This document shows, piece by piece, positions 1 through 9,488 of a stretch of DNA of 32,000 nucleotides. The stretch is from NCBI GenBank assembly GCA_964577555.1, contig CAZNZM010000002.1, positions 33,012 to 65,011 of the forward strand. The letters are read 5' to 3'. The translations under genes and the position numbers were made by a program. How positions within the stretch are numbered: position 1 is the stretch's first letter; the number at the start of each line of letters is the position of its first letter. The notes beneath the pieces were generated by a model. The model was not told where the DNA came from. It searched no databases and saw only the letters and a list, made by a program, of their open reading frames with translations. This DNA comes from an uncultured archaeon (GTDB lineage Archaea > Iainarchaeota > Iainarchaeia > Iainarchaeales > Iainarchaeaceae).

Positions 1-339
1 GTTGTTTCAAATTCGAGGCGTGATTTTATTAATTGGGTTCTTGGAAGGGTTTGCAATAATTGTAAGTTTGATGTTGTTGTTTCGGCTGATGATGTTGTAA
101 ATGGCAAGCCTGATCCTGAGTGTTATTTGAAGGCGGCTTCTATTTTTGGTGTCAAGCCTGAAAATTGTGTGGTTATTGAGGATTCTGTTGCCGGCGTGCT
201 TGCTGGAAAGTCTGCCGGCATGAAGGTTGTGGCTCTTACTCATACTCATGACAGGATTTTTTTGTTGGATGCCGATCTTGTTGTTGATTCTTTTAAAGAG
301 CTTTCAGTTGAAAAGTTGAGGGGGCTTTTTGTTGCTTGA
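1..339 (+). CDS. HAD-superfamily hydrolase (beta-phosphoglucomutase-like), C-terminal fragment truncated by window start
   Basis: Frame is open from base 1 (VVSNSRRDFINWVLGRVCNNCKFDVVVSADDVVNGKPDPECYLKAA...). Contains GKPDPE and VIEDSVAGVLAGKSAGM, typical of HAD motifs III/IV. Confidence 0.85.
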   Translation, partial: VVSNSRRDFINWVLGRVCNNCKFDVVVSADDVVNGKPDPECYLKAASIFGVKPENCVVIEDSVAGVLAGKSAGMKVVALTHTHDRIFLLDADLVVDSFKELSVEKLRGLFVA

Positions 340-982
340 AGCCGTGATTTTTGATTTTGATGGCGTGATTGTTGATACTCCTGGAATTTATTTTAAGCAT
401 ATGAAGAAATTGTTGCAAAAGTATCATGCTGATATTTCCAATGAGGATGTTTCAAATCTTGTTGGCAGGCATTTTGAAGAGGAATTGGATTATATAAATA
501 AAAAATATGGTTTGAATATTTCGCTTTATGAGTTTGTGGCTGAAACAATAAATTCTGCAAAGGAAGACTTTGCAAAGCTTGTGCTTGATCCTTGTCTTAA
601 AAATTTGCTTGTTGAGCTTTCACAGTTTGGTGTCAAGTTGGCAATTGCTTCAAATGGGCCTAAAAGCAATATAGATTTTATTGTTTCGCGTTTGGGTGTT
701 GGAAAGTATTTTTCTGTAATAATTTCAGGCGATGATGTTGAAAATTATAAGCCTTTTCCTGATGTTTATCTTGCCGCTGTTGAAAGGCTTGGCGTGTCTA
801 AGAGAAATTGTGTTGCTGTTGAGGATACTTTGATTGGCTTGAAGTCTGCTCAATCTGCGGGTTTGAAGGTGGTGGTTATTCCAAATGAGTTTACTGTTTT
901 TTCGGATTTTTCTGGAGCCAGTCTTGTTGCCAAAGGTTTTAATGGTTTAACTTATAAGGTTCTTAATGGGCTGGTGGAATGA
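329..982 (+). CDS. HAD-superfamily hydrolase, beta-phosphoglucomutase-like
   Basis: VIFDFDGVIVDT motif I, IASNG motif II, YKPFPDVYLAA and AVEDTLIGLKSAQSAG motifs III/IV. TTG start overlapping the previous gene. Confidence 0.88.
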   Translation: MLLEAVIFDFDGVIVDTPGIYFKHMKKLLQKYHADISNEDVSNLVGRHFEEELDYINKKYGLNISLYEFVAETINSAKEDFAKLVLDPCLKNLLVELSQFGVKLAIASNGPKSNIDFIVSRLGVGKYFSVIISGDDVENYKPFPDVYLAAVERLGVSKRNCVAVEDTLIGLKSAQSAGLKVVVIPNEFTVFSDFSGASLVAKGFNGLTYKVLNGLVE

Positions 983-2202
983 AGATTGCGTTTTTTTCTG
1001 ATACTCATCTTGGTTTTGATGAAAAGGGTGAAAGGGCTGATGATTCTTTTCTTGCTCTTGAATCAGCTATTGAACTTTCAGGCAATCATCGGGCTGATTT
1101 GATTGTTATTTCTGGGGATATTTTTGACATGCGAATTCCTTCTCATTCTGTTCTTTACAAGTCTATTGTTTCTTTTTCCAAGGCAAAGAATTTTTCTTCC
1201 AATGTAATGCTTTCAATTGGAAAGGCTGGTGAAGAGAAGTCTATTTCGTTTTCAGGCATTCCGATTTTAGCAATTCATGGGAATCACGAGTATTTGGGCA
1301 AGGGTGTCAGGTCTGCTCTTGATTTGCTTGATCTTTCTGGTTCGTTGATTTATTTTCATGGAGCCAAAATAGTTGCAAGAAAGGGCTCTGAAAGAGTTTG
1401 TATTTTTGGGCTTGGCGCTGTGCCTGAAAAATCGGCTCTTGATGTTATTAGGTATTGGTCTCCAAAGCCGGAGGAAGGTGCTTCCAATGTTTTGGTTTTG
1501 CATCAGGGTTTTAAGGATTTCATGGCTGTTGATGACGAAATGATTGCTTCGCTTAGCTTGGATGATTTGCCTAAAGGTTTTGATTTGATTGTGAATGGCC
1601 ATTTGCATTGGAGTAGTATTCAGGATTTGGGTGGTTCGATTTTTCTTCTTGCAGGCTCGACAATTCCTACTTCTATTAAAAAGCTTGAAGCTGAAAAATT
1701 GAAGGGTGTTTTTTTCTTTGATACTGTTTCCAAGTCTCTTGATTTTGTGGCTTTGCCTTTTCAAAGGAAAATGTTTTATCATAAAATAGTTTTTTCAGAT
1801 GCAGATGCTGACAAAGTGCTTTCGGAATGTCGTAGTTTTGTTCTTGGTGATTTAAGTGTTTCTGGTGTTTTGAAGCCTCTTATTAGACTTAATCTTGTTG
1901 GCACTTTGAAAAAGGGTCTTTCTAATGCCGATGTTGATTTGGGCCCTTTTATTAATGAATTTTCTTCCAAGACTTTTCTTTCTGTTTCAAAGAATTTTTC
2001 TTCTTCTTCGTTTAAAACAAAAATTTCCGAGTTAAGGGAGTTGCAGAAGGAGAAACTTTCAATTGCTTCTGTTGGTTTTGAGTTGTTGGAAAAAAATCTT
2101 GCTGAAACCGATTTTGGGAAGGAGTTTGACGCCAAAAAACTTTTTGAATTGCTTGGGTCTGACGAGCTTGATGAGGCTATGTATCTTTTTTTGAAATCGT
2201 GA
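979..2202 (+). CDS. mre11: Mre11/SbcD-like DNA repair metallophosphoesterase
   Basis: FSDTHLGF, VISGDIFDMR, AIHGNHEY, VLHQG and NGHLHW phosphoesterase motifs; 407 aa with a C-terminal extension. Confidence 0.8.
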   Translation: MKIAFFSDTHLGFDEKGERADDSFLALESAIELSGNHRADLIVISGDIFDMRIPSHSVLYKSIVSFSKAKNFSSNVMLSIGKAGEEKSISFSGIPILAIHGNHEYLGKGVRSALDLLDLSGSLIYFHGAKIVARKGSERVCIFGLGAVPEKSALDVIRYWSPKPEEGASNVLVLHQGFKDFMAVDDEMIASLSLDDLPKGFDLIVNGHLHWSSIQDLGGSIFLLAGSTIPTSIKKLEAEKLKGVFFFDTVSKSLDFVALPFQRKMFYHKIVFSDADADKVLSECRSFVLGDLSVSGVLKPLIRLNLVGTLKKGLSNADVDLGPFINEFSSKTFLSVSKNFSSSSFKTKISELRELQKEKLSIASVGFELLEKNLAETDFGKEFDAKKLFELLGSDELDEAMYLFLKS

Positions 2203-2699
2203 TTTGTTTTTTTTGTAGAATGTTTTTTGTTCAAATCATTTTTTTTAATTTTTTTATTTTTTTTCGCTGGCTTTTTTTAGAAGTTTTTTTCAAGATTTTT
2301 TTATTGGTTTTTTTGTTTTTTTTAATTTGTTTATTTTTTTTGCGAGCCAAGTATTTTAAGTGTGTTTTTTTGTGTGAAACTTTTTTTTTGTGATTTGTGT
2401 TTTTAGGTAATTTGTTTTTTAGACATTTTTTTATTTTTTTAATTATTTTTTTAAAAATAATTTTGTTTTTTTGCGAGCCGTTTTTTTGTTGTTTTTTTTT
2501 GGATTCTTTTTTGCGGGACGATTTTTTTGTTATTTTTTTGTGAATTTGTTTTTTTTAAGTTTGTTTCGGAATTATGTTTTTTTTGTGCAATTTTATTTTT
2601 TTGTGGTTTTTTTTTGGCTATTTTTTGCGAGCCGTTTTTTTTTAATTTTGTTTTTTTGTTTTAGCCACTTTTTTTGTCATTTTTTTTGAATTGTTTTTT
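2203..2699 (+). repeat. T-rich low-complexity spacer with three GCGAGCC cores
   Basis: Runs of 5-10 T. GCGAGCC at 2342-2348, 2473-2479 and 2627-2633, the last two followed by G and a T-run; a variant gcgggac lies near 2513. Confidence 0.7.
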
Positions 2700-4079
2700 T
2701 TATTCTTTTTTTAGGAATTCGGCGTAGTTTACCATGTGCATTATGGATTTTGCCGCTGAGCCGGGGTAGTCGTATGTTGTGAATCCGTGTTCTTCTATTT
2801 TTTTTAGTTGTTCTGCGGTGTATTCTCCTCCTACTGCAACAACTATTATTGGTTTGCTCGTGTTTTCTCTTGCTTGTTTTAGTATTGTGAGTTCGTCCGC
2901 GTTTAATGTTGAGAGTGTGAATAATATCATTATTACTATTATGTCTACGTTGTTGTCTTCTATGCATGCTTTGATTGCAATGTCGTATTTTTTGGCGTCT
3001 GCGTCTCCTAAAAGGTCAAGCGGGTTTGAGATTTTTATTTTCAGTTCTTGTTCTAGTTTTTCTTTTGTTTTTTCGCTGAGTGTTGCTAGTTCCATTTGTC
3101 TGTTTATTATGTGGTCTGCCATTACTATTCCGAATCCTCCTCCGTTTGTGATTATTTGTACTTTTTTGCCTTTTGGGAGGGGTTCGTTTTCAAGTATTTT
3201 TGCTGTTGAAAACAGGTCTTGTATTCCAAACGCTGATATTATGCCTGCTTGGTGGAAGACTGCTTCGTATACTTTTGCCGATCCTGCGAGTGAGCCGGTG
3301 TGTGAGATTGCTGCTTTGCTTGTTTCTTCGTGTTTTCCGCCTTTTAGTATTATGATTGGTTTTTTTTTGGCGACTTTTTTTGCTGTTTCAAAAAATTTTC
3401 TTCCGTTTTTTGCTCCTTCTAAGTACATTGTAATGACTTTTGTTCCTTTGTCTTCTCCAAAGTATTCGAGTAAATCTGATTCGTCTATGTCCATTGCGTT
3501 TCCGTATGATGCGAATTTGTTTAATCCGAATCTTTGTGTTGCAGCCCAGTCGAGTATCATTGAACCAAGTGCTCCGGATTGTGATATGAATGACAAGGTT
3601 CCTTTTGCAGGGCTTTTCATTCTTGTGTTTTCAAAAAACGTGGTGTCTATTCCGCTTTCTGTTGATTTTACTCCTACGCAATTTGGGCCCATTACTCTTG
3701 TTTGAGGGTATTTGTTTATTATTTGTCTTATCTTTTCGGTTAATTCTTTTTCTCCTGTTTCTGAAAATCCTGCGCTTATTATTATTGTTGCTTTTATTTG
3801 CATTTCTGCGCATTCTTCAAGTGTTTTTGGGACGAATTCTTTTGGCACTGCGATTATTGCAAGGTCTATGTTGTCTGGGACGGCTTTTATTGAGGAGTAT
3901 GCTTTTGTTCCTTGTATTGTAGTGTATTTTGGGTTTATTGGGTATGCTTTGTCTTTAAGAGCGTTTTTTATGTTTTTAAAAATAGTGTATCCTACGCTGT
4001 TTTCGTTGTTTGAGGCGCCTATTACTGCAGCGGTTTTTGGGTTGAAGAATTTGTCTATTGATTCTATGTTTTGTTTCAT
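2700..4079 (-). CDS. Acyl-CoA synthetase (ADP/NDP-forming), alpha-subunit-like
   Basis: FFNPKTAAVIGASNNENSVGYTIFKNI CoA-binding start, VMGPNCVGV, SFISQSGALG, SHTGSLAGS and ITNGGGFGI motifs; 459 aa. Confidence 0.88.
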   Translation of the reverse strand: MKQNIESIDKFFNPKTAAVIGASNNENSVGYTIFKNIKNALKDKAYPINPKYTTIQGTKAYSSIKAVPDNIDLAIIAVPKEFVPKTLEECAEMQIKATIIISAGFSETGEKELTEKIRQIINKYPQTRVMGPNCVGVKSTESGIDTTFFENTRMKSPAKGTLSFISQSGALGSMILDWAATQRFGLNKFASYGNAMDIDESDLLEYFGEDKGTKVITMYLEGAKNGRKFFETAKKVAKKKPIIILKGGKHEETSKAAISHTGSLAGSAKVYEAVFHQAGIISAFGIQDLFSTAKILENEPLPKGKKVQIITNGGGFGIVMADHIINRQMELATLSEKTKEKLEQELKIKISNPLDLLGDADAKKYDIAIKACIEDNNVDIIVIMILFTLSTLNADELTILKQARENTSKPIIVVAVGGEYTAEQLKKIEEHGFTTYDYPGSAAKSIMHMVNYAEFLKKE

Positions 4080-4231
4080 AATTGATAATAAATATTTTAA
4101 CGATTATTAAGCTTTCTAATTGCATGAAGTTTGGTGTAATTTCAAGAATTGAGTTGTTTTATGTTGTTTTACAATTGTTGATTGGGGTTAAGTGTTTGTT
4201 TTTTTTCTTTTTTTATGGGCGCGGGAGGGCA

Positions 4232-4558
4232 ATGCCTTTTAGTTTGTTTGATTTTCCATCTGATGCTTTGTTTTTTGATTTTGTTTTTCATGAGTTGATG
4301 CATGTTTTGATAGGTTTGCTTGCTTTGGTTTATGGAATGAACGTTCCTGAATTTAGGGTTGGTTTTTTGCTTCCTCGGATTTTTTTTGCTGTTTTTATTC
4401 ATAATTTTTTTTATTGGTTGACTAATGTTCATCCAAGCGTTATTTATTCTGTTATTGATTTTGGTTCTGATTCGGTAATTTTATTGAGTTTTGTTTTTAC
4501 TGGCTTTTTATTGGGTAAGTGGAATAAATTAAAAGCTTTTAAAGTTCCTTTTTTTTAG
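4232..4558 (+). CDS. Small predicted membrane protein with HELMH (HExxH-like) motif
   Basis: ATG at 4232 preceded by gggaggg. Product MPFSLFDFPSDALFFDFVFHELMHVLIGLLALVYG... is strongly hydrophobic. The longer ORF-track start at 4082 is less likely. Confidence 0.6.
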   Translation: MPFSLFDFPSDALFFDFVFHELMHVLIGLLALVYGMNVPEFRVGFLLPRIFFAVFIHNFFYWLTNVHPSVIYSVIDFGSDSVILLSFVFTGFLLGKWNKLKAFKVPFF

Positions 4559-4876
4559 TATTTTTTTTGTTTGTCTTTTGGCTTGTTTTTGCAAGCCATG
4601 TTTGTTTTGTAAGCAGTTTTTTTGCAGAGACATTTTTTTCATTTTTTTTGAAATTAATTTTATTTTTGTATTTGTTTTGGCTGGTAGTTTTTTTGTGAAG
4701 CCATTTTTTTTAGGCATTTTTATTTTTTTGATCTAAATTATTTTTTGTCTTTTTTTTGGTAAAAAATGTTTTTTTATTGTTTGCTTTTTTGCAAGCTGTT
4801 TATTTTTTTTGAAAAAATAATTTTTTTGTTTTTGGTCGTTTTTTTTTGCGAGCCGTTTTAGGCAATTTTATTTTTT
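4559..4876 (+). repeat. T-rich low-complexity spacer with one GCGAGCC core and variants
   Basis: GCGAGCC at 4848-4854 in a T-run; gcaagcc near 4592 and gcaagctg near 4791. Confidence 0.6.
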
Positions 4877-5965
4877 TTATGGTAAAAAGTCTTCTTCTTT
4901 GATTTTTTTTGGCACGTATTCTTCTGTTATGAATCTTATTCCTTTTTTGCTTAGTGCTTCTAATTCCAGTTTTACTGCTTTTTGTCTCATGTTTGTGAAT
5001 TCTTCTTTCCATTGTTTTGCTTGGAACCATTCGTAATTTTCCATTTCTTTTAGCCTTTTAGCGTCTAGTTGGTTGAGTTTGATTGTGACTTCTTTTGGTA
5101 TTTTGAATTTTTCAATGTCTAGTGTTGTTAGTCCTACAAATTTTGCTGCTGGAGTTGCCAGTTTTTCTTCTGAGTATGAAAGCGATATTGAGCCTTGTTT
5201 TATTACTGAGTATATGTACATTCCCCATGGGTCTGCATCGCAGAGCACGTATAATGGCAAGCCGTATTCTTTGTTTAGTCTTTGTGCAAGCCTTCTTTCT
5301 CCTCTTCCTGGTTGGCCTCTTCCTGTTAGTATTATGCATTTGTGTTTTTTCCAGAATTGGTCTTCGTTGAATCTTCTCCATACTGCGTCTTTTTCAATGA
5401 ATAGTATGTATTCTGCGTTGACTTTTTTGAATTCTATGTTGTCTGGTTCAACGTTTGATGGTACGCTCCATCCGCCTGAGCCCATTTTTGTTAGGTCTAT
5501 GTTGTCTTTTCCGTCTCTGAGTTGTATGTCTCCTGCGATTATTCCTTTTGCTGAAGCCGCTAAGTGTAGTTCTTCTCTTAAGAGGTCTAGTGATGCTTCT
5601 ATGTCTTCGATGCATGGGTCTGATTCTGATTGTTCTTCAAAGGTGTTTTCGTTTGTGCCTTCTATTGTGTGTTTTAGTGCGTAGTAAAGATCCCTAATGC
5701 TTACTGTTGCTTTTGCTTCTATGACTTTTTTTATTTCTGCTGCTACGAGTATTGTTTGCATGAATTTTCTGCTGTGTGCAATGTTGAGGAATTGCCTCTC
5801 TGACATTTTGTCCCCGAGTTTTATTGTGCCGGTTTTTTTGTCAAAGAAGACGTTTCCTAGTGTTCTTACTGGCACTGCGTATGTTGGTCCTTTTCCTGCT
5901 TCTATTTGTTTTAGCAGTGTTGTTCCTATGTTTTCAAGTTTTTGTTGTACCTCTTTGTCCGCCAT
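4877..5965 (-). CDS. top6A: DNA topoisomerase VI subunit A
   Basis: SIRDLYYALKH with catalytic Tyr, Toprim DAD motif (VLCDADPWGMYIYSVIK), overall Spo11/Top6A architecture. Confidence 0.96.
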   Translation of the reverse strand: MADKEVQQKLENIGTTLLKQIEAGKGPTYAVPVRTLGNVFFDKKTGTIKLGDKMSERQFLNIAHSRKFMQTILVAAEIKKVIEAKATVSIRDLYYALKHTIEGTNENTFEEQSESDPCIEDIEASLDLLREELHLAASAKGIIAGDIQLRDGKDNIDLTKMGSGGWSVPSNVEPDNIEFKKVNAEYILFIEKDAVWRRFNEDQFWKKHKCIILTGRGQPGRGERRLAQRLNKEYGLPLYVLCDADPWGMYIYSVIKQGSISLSYSEEKLATPAAKFVGLTTLDIEKFKIPKEVTIKLNQLDAKRLKEMENYEWFQAKQWKEEFTNMRQKAVKLELEALSKKGIRFITEEYVPKKIKEEDFLP

Positions 5966-5967
5966 TT

Positions 5968-7704
5968 TTACTCACTCTCTTCTTCAAATCTTTGTTTATT
6001 TTTTGTTTTTTCTTTTGCTTTTTTTTCTTTTTCTTTTATTTTTTCAAAATTTTTTTCAATTTCTTCTTCTGTTGGTTCTCCTTTTGCTTCTAATTCTTTT
6101 TCTTTTTGTTCTTCTAGCTTAAGGTGTTTTAGCACTATGTTGTGGAGTTTTTCTTCTATTTCTTTTTTGTTCTTTTTTGTCAGTTCTGCTATTGCTGTTG
6201 CTACTTCGCTTGCGTATTTGTAGTACATTTTTCTTTTTGCTTCTTTTTCTGCTTGTCTTCTTACCATGCCAACGTAGTGGTATATTTTTCTTCCTGTTTC
6301 CATGATGGCTAATCTCAATTCTTCCATTATTTCGTCTTCGTCGCTTATTGCTTGTTTTCCTGCGCTTGTGTATGGTATGTGTACTGATATTAGGTTGACA
6401 AATATTGTGAGTGGCGCGTTTTCATAGTCTTTTAGTCCGTATCTTTTCCAGTCAATTGTTTGTATTGCTTTTGTTATTGCGCATCCGCCTTGATCGAATA
6501 GCAGTGGCGCTCTGTTTGCGAATCTCATTATTTCTATTTTTCTTGTTTTTTGTCCTTCTTCGTTTGTTTCTCCTTCTTTGCCTGCATTTCCGCCGTATGC
6601 TATTCCTACTTCTATTTGGAATGGAAATCCGCCTTTATATACTGCTGGTTTTCTTGTTACAACTGAGATGAATTCTGGTTTTACTATTGATTCGAGGCTT
6701 TTTTTTATTCTTTCTTCTCCTATTGGCAAGAGTCCGTCTGTGCGTGGCGCTATGAATGTCATTTTTTTGAATTGTTGTATTATTTCTTCCGCTTCTTCCC
6801 AGGTTAGTTGGTGGGGGTCTTTGTTGAGGTCAAATTTTAGGTTTTTTTGCATTTCTTCGATTGATTTGTCGCCTATTCTGTCGAATGTGTTTTTTAAAAA
6901 GGTTGAGACTTTTTTTGCTTCCGTGTACTTTGCAAGGGTATAGACTTCGTCCACGTTTACTCCTTTTGGATGTGGTTTCATTTCTATTGGTTTTCCAGGT
7001 AGTTCTTTGAGTGTTCTTTTGAAAATTGTTTTTTCTCCTGTGGGTTCTATGAATATTATTTGTGCGTGCGGGTTTGCTATTGCTGTCCTTCTTAAGTATT
7101 CTAATGGTGCTTGATCTGAATTTACGTATTTTACTCCTTTGAATTTTGCTTTTATTATTGTGCCTCTGAATTCTTTGTTTATTTCTTGCAAGTTGGATAT
7201 TTTTGGTTCGTTTTTTTTAGGGTCAATTGTGAGTTCAAGGCTTATAGGTTTTCCTTTGCCTGTTCCTGTAATGACTTGTACTGCTTTTCCTGTTGTTATT
7301 TGTGATAGCATAGTGCATCCTGATGCTCCGATTCCTTGTTGTCCGCGTGTTTGCATCATTCTGTGGAATTTTGTTCCTGCTAAGAGTTTTCCAAGAGCTT
7401 TGCCTACTGTTTCTTGTGTCAAGCCAGGCCCGTTGTCTTTTACAATGACTTCGTAATATTCTTCTCCAAGTTCTTTGATTTGGACTTCTACGTCTGGCAA
7501 TATGTTTGCTTCTTCGCATGCGTCTATTGAGTTTGTAACATATTCGTGGACTATTGTTGTAAGTGTTTTGATTTTTCCGGTTAATCCTAGCATTTGCATG
7601 TTCTTTTTGAAGAATTCGGCCACGCTGTGTTCTTTGAATTCTTTTGCTATTTCTTCGGCTGTTTTGCCGTTGCTTTGTATGTTTTCTTCTGCCATTTTTT
7701 TCAC
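5968..7704 (-). CDS. top6B: DNA topoisomerase VI subunit B
   Basis: GHKL ATPase motifs: EYVTNSIDAC, VKDNGPGLT, GQQGIGASG. Ends 3 bp before top6A. Acidic/Lys-rich C-terminal tail. Confidence 0.96.
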   Translation of the reverse strand: MKKMAEENIQSNGKTAEEIAKEFKEHSVAEFFKKNMQMLGLTGKIKTLTTIVHEYVTNSIDACEEANILPDVEVQIKELGEEYYEVIVKDNGPGLTQETVGKALGKLLAGTKFHRMMQTRGQQGIGASGCTMLSQITTGKAVQVITGTGKGKPISLELTIDPKKNEPKISNLQEINKEFRGTIIKAKFKGVKYVNSDQAPLEYLRRTAIANPHAQIIFIEPTGEKTIFKRTLKELPGKPIEMKPHPKGVNVDEVYTLAKYTEAKKVSTFLKNTFDRIGDKSIEEMQKNLKFDLNKDPHQLTWEEAEEIIQQFKKMTFIAPRTDGLLPIGEERIKKSLESIVKPEFISVVTRKPAVYKGGFPFQIEVGIAYGGNAGKEGETNEEGQKTRKIEIMRFANRAPLLFDQGGCAITKAIQTIDWKRYGLKDYENAPLTIFVNLISVHIPYTSAGKQAISDEDEIMEELRLAIMETGRKIYHYVGMVRRQAEKEAKRKMYYKYASEVATAIAELTKKNKKEIEEKLHNIVLKHLKLEEQKEKELEAKGEPTEEEIEKNFEKIKEKEKKAKEKTKNKQRFEEESE

Positions 7705-8234
7705 AATTCAAATTTTTGATTGTTGTAATGTCTTTTTAAAGATTCGTATGCCATGTTGTGTGTTGCTCCGCCCAAGAGCATTTCTATTGCGCTTTTTGCT
7801 TTTTCGACTCCTTCTGGTTTGCCTATTATTGATATGGTTTTGCCGTAAACCGATATTTTTGTTCCTGTTTCTTTTTCTATTTCTTCTCTTGCTTCTCCTT
7901 TGCTGCCTATTACTCTTCCTTTTTTTGCTTTCATTCTGTTTTCGCTTTTTCCGAGTATTTCTCTTAATTCAATTATTTCGAGTGTTGTTTCGTCTTGCAG
8001 TAGTTTGAAAGCGTTTTCCGGTGAAAATCCTCGCCCTATTGCTTTTACTATATTCATTGCTTTGAGAAAGCCGATTGGGTTGCCTTTCATTTGTATTTCG
8101 ACTTCTCCTGAATTGCTGTCAATTTCAATTTTTGTATGCGTAGTTTTGGCTATGTATGTTTTTGTTTTTCCTTTTTGTCCTATTAAGACTCCTATGCGTT
8201 CGTGCGGTATCAAGAGAAATTCCGTGTTTTGCAT
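7701..8234 (-). CDS. KH-domain protein, archaeal Dim2/Pno1-like rRNA processing factor
   Basis: IPHERIGVLIGQKGKTKTYI and GRVIGSKGEAREEIEKETGTKISVYGKT KH motifs. 4-bp overlap with top6B. Confidence 0.88.
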   Translation of the reverse strand: MQNTEFLLIPHERIGVLIGQKGKTKTYIAKTTHTKIEIDSNSGEVEIQMKGNPIGFLKAMNIVKAIGRGFSPENAFKLLQDETTLEIIELREILGKSENRMKAKKGRVIGSKGEAREEIEKETGTKISVYGKTISIIGKPEGVEKAKSAIEMLLGGATHNMAYESLKRHYNNQKFEL

Positions 8235-8667
8235 TTTAATGATAAAATATGTTGAAGTATTATTAAGTTATTGTCTTTCCTGAATTTTAAAAAGTGCTTT
8301 GCAGGTCGTTTTTTTTATTTTTCTATTGTTTTTTTAGTCATTTTTTTTGTCTATTCTGGTTTTTGTCTCTTTTTTTTAATTTTTTTCTTTTGTGTGTTTT
8401 TTTTCAAGCCGTTTTTTTGTTTTTTTTGGTGAGCCTTTTTATTTTTTGAATTTTGTTTTTTTTGTTTTTTTTTGGCGAGTCTTTTTTTTCTATTTTTTTG
8501 CTTTATTTTTTTTGTTCTTTTCAGTGTTGTGTTTGTTTTTTTATTTGCAATTTGTTTTTTTTGTTAACTGTTTTTTTTTGACAATTTTTATTTTTTTTAA
8601 GTTTTATTTTTTTAGGCTGTTTTTTTTGGATTTCTTTTGGTTGTTTTGGCGATTTTTGGAGTTTGGT
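8235..8667 (+). repeat. T-rich low-complexity spacer between two minus-strand genes, containing copy A of a 49-bp exact repeat
   Basis: 8431-8479 gagcctttttattttttgaattttgttttttttgtttttttttggcgag is identical to 19146-19194. Confidence 0.75.
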
Positions 8668-9441
8668 TTATTTTTTTTCTATTTCTTTTTTTCTTTGTTT
8701 TATGTCTGAGTACATTTTTTCGTAGTTGGTTTTAACTCCTTTTTTTGCAAAGTATGTTGACATGTTTAGTATGTCTCTTTCAAAGAATTCTTTGCTTTTT
8801 GGGTGTGAGGTTATGACTGCTTGTGCAAAATCTATGAACCATAATTTTTTTTCTTTGACGAGTATGTTGTATTCTGAAAGGTCGGAGTGTATCAGGCCAG
8901 CCATGTAGTATTTTACTATGAAATTTATTGTTTGTTCGTAGTAGTTTTCAAGTTCTTTTGGAGTTGGGTTTGTTTCTTTGAGCCTTGGTGCTGGTGTTGA
9001 ATTTTTTCCGATGAATTCCATTACTACTATGTTGTTTTTGAATGCTAGTGGCAGCGGGACGTTGAGTTTTGCGTGGGTTGCTTCAAGGAGGTTTTTGAAT
9101 TCTTTTTTTGCCCATGAGTTTATTAGGTTTCTTATGTCTGTTTTGATTTTTCCGAATCTGTGGTCTCCTGCAATGTATTCGTTCATTCGTTTGAAATTTG
9201 TTGTTTCTTTTTTGTATATTTTGACTGCTCTTGTTCTGCCAGCCAAGTCTGTTGCGGCAAATACGTGTGCTTCTTTTCCTGTGCTTATAATGTGTTCAAG
9301 CACGTCAAAGTGTCCTTTTTGTGCTAGGTCATGTATTGTGTCAAGTGTTTGTTTGTCAAATACTTTTGCAAATGTTTTTCTATCTGATTCTTTTTTGAAT
9401 CTTTTTTCTAAAATCGGGTTGTCTTCGTATTCTATTTCCAT
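8668..9441 (-). CDS. rio1: RIO-type serine/threonine protein kinase, RIO1-like
   Basis: STGKEAHVFAA nucleotide-binding segment, AVKIYKKETTNFK, LIHSDLSEYNILV catalytic loop, WFIDFAQAV metal-binding loop. Confidence 0.93.
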   Translation of the reverse strand: MEIEYEDNPILEKRFKKESDRKTFAKVFDKQTLDTIHDLAQKGHFDVLEHIISTGKEAHVFAATDLAGRTRAVKIYKKETTNFKRMNEYIAGDHRFGKIKTDIRNLINSWAKKEFKNLLEATHAKLNVPLPLAFKNNIVVMEFIGKNSTPAPRLKETNPTPKELENYYEQTINFIVKYYMAGLIHSDLSEYNILVKEKKLWFIDFAQAVITSHPKSKEFFERDILNMSTYFAKKGVKTNYEKMYSDIKQRKKEIEKK

Positions 9442-9488
9442 GTTTATATTTGTTTTGGGATTTGATTAAAATTAGTACTATAGGTGGT

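Noticed and set aside
1267-1782. Minus-strand 171-aa ORF inside mre11
   Set aside because: Wholly antisense to a gene with intact metallophosphoesterase motifs; no domain signature.
2203-2699. CRISPR array
   Set aside because: The GCGAGCC cores are spaced irregularly (131 and 154 bp here), the flanking DNA is T-rich, there are no 24-37 bp direct repeats and no cas genes.
2779-3705. Plus-strand 308-aa ORF antisense to the acyl-CoA synthetase
   Set aside because: Long only because of the sense gene's codon bias; the sense-frame motifs are conserved and this frame has none.
5073-7456. Several plus-strand ORFs (5073-5684, 5697-6122, 6578-6943, 7139-7456) and minus ORF 7235-7711
   Set aside because: They lie antisense to or out of frame with the clearly conserved top6A/top6B genes and have no recognisable motifs. 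They are products of skewed composition.
8392-8709. Plus-strand ORF MCFFSSRFFVFFGEPFYFLNFVFFVFF...
   Set aside because: Translation of T-runs (poly-Phe/Leu) in the low-complexity spacer; no Shine-Dalgarno or family signal.
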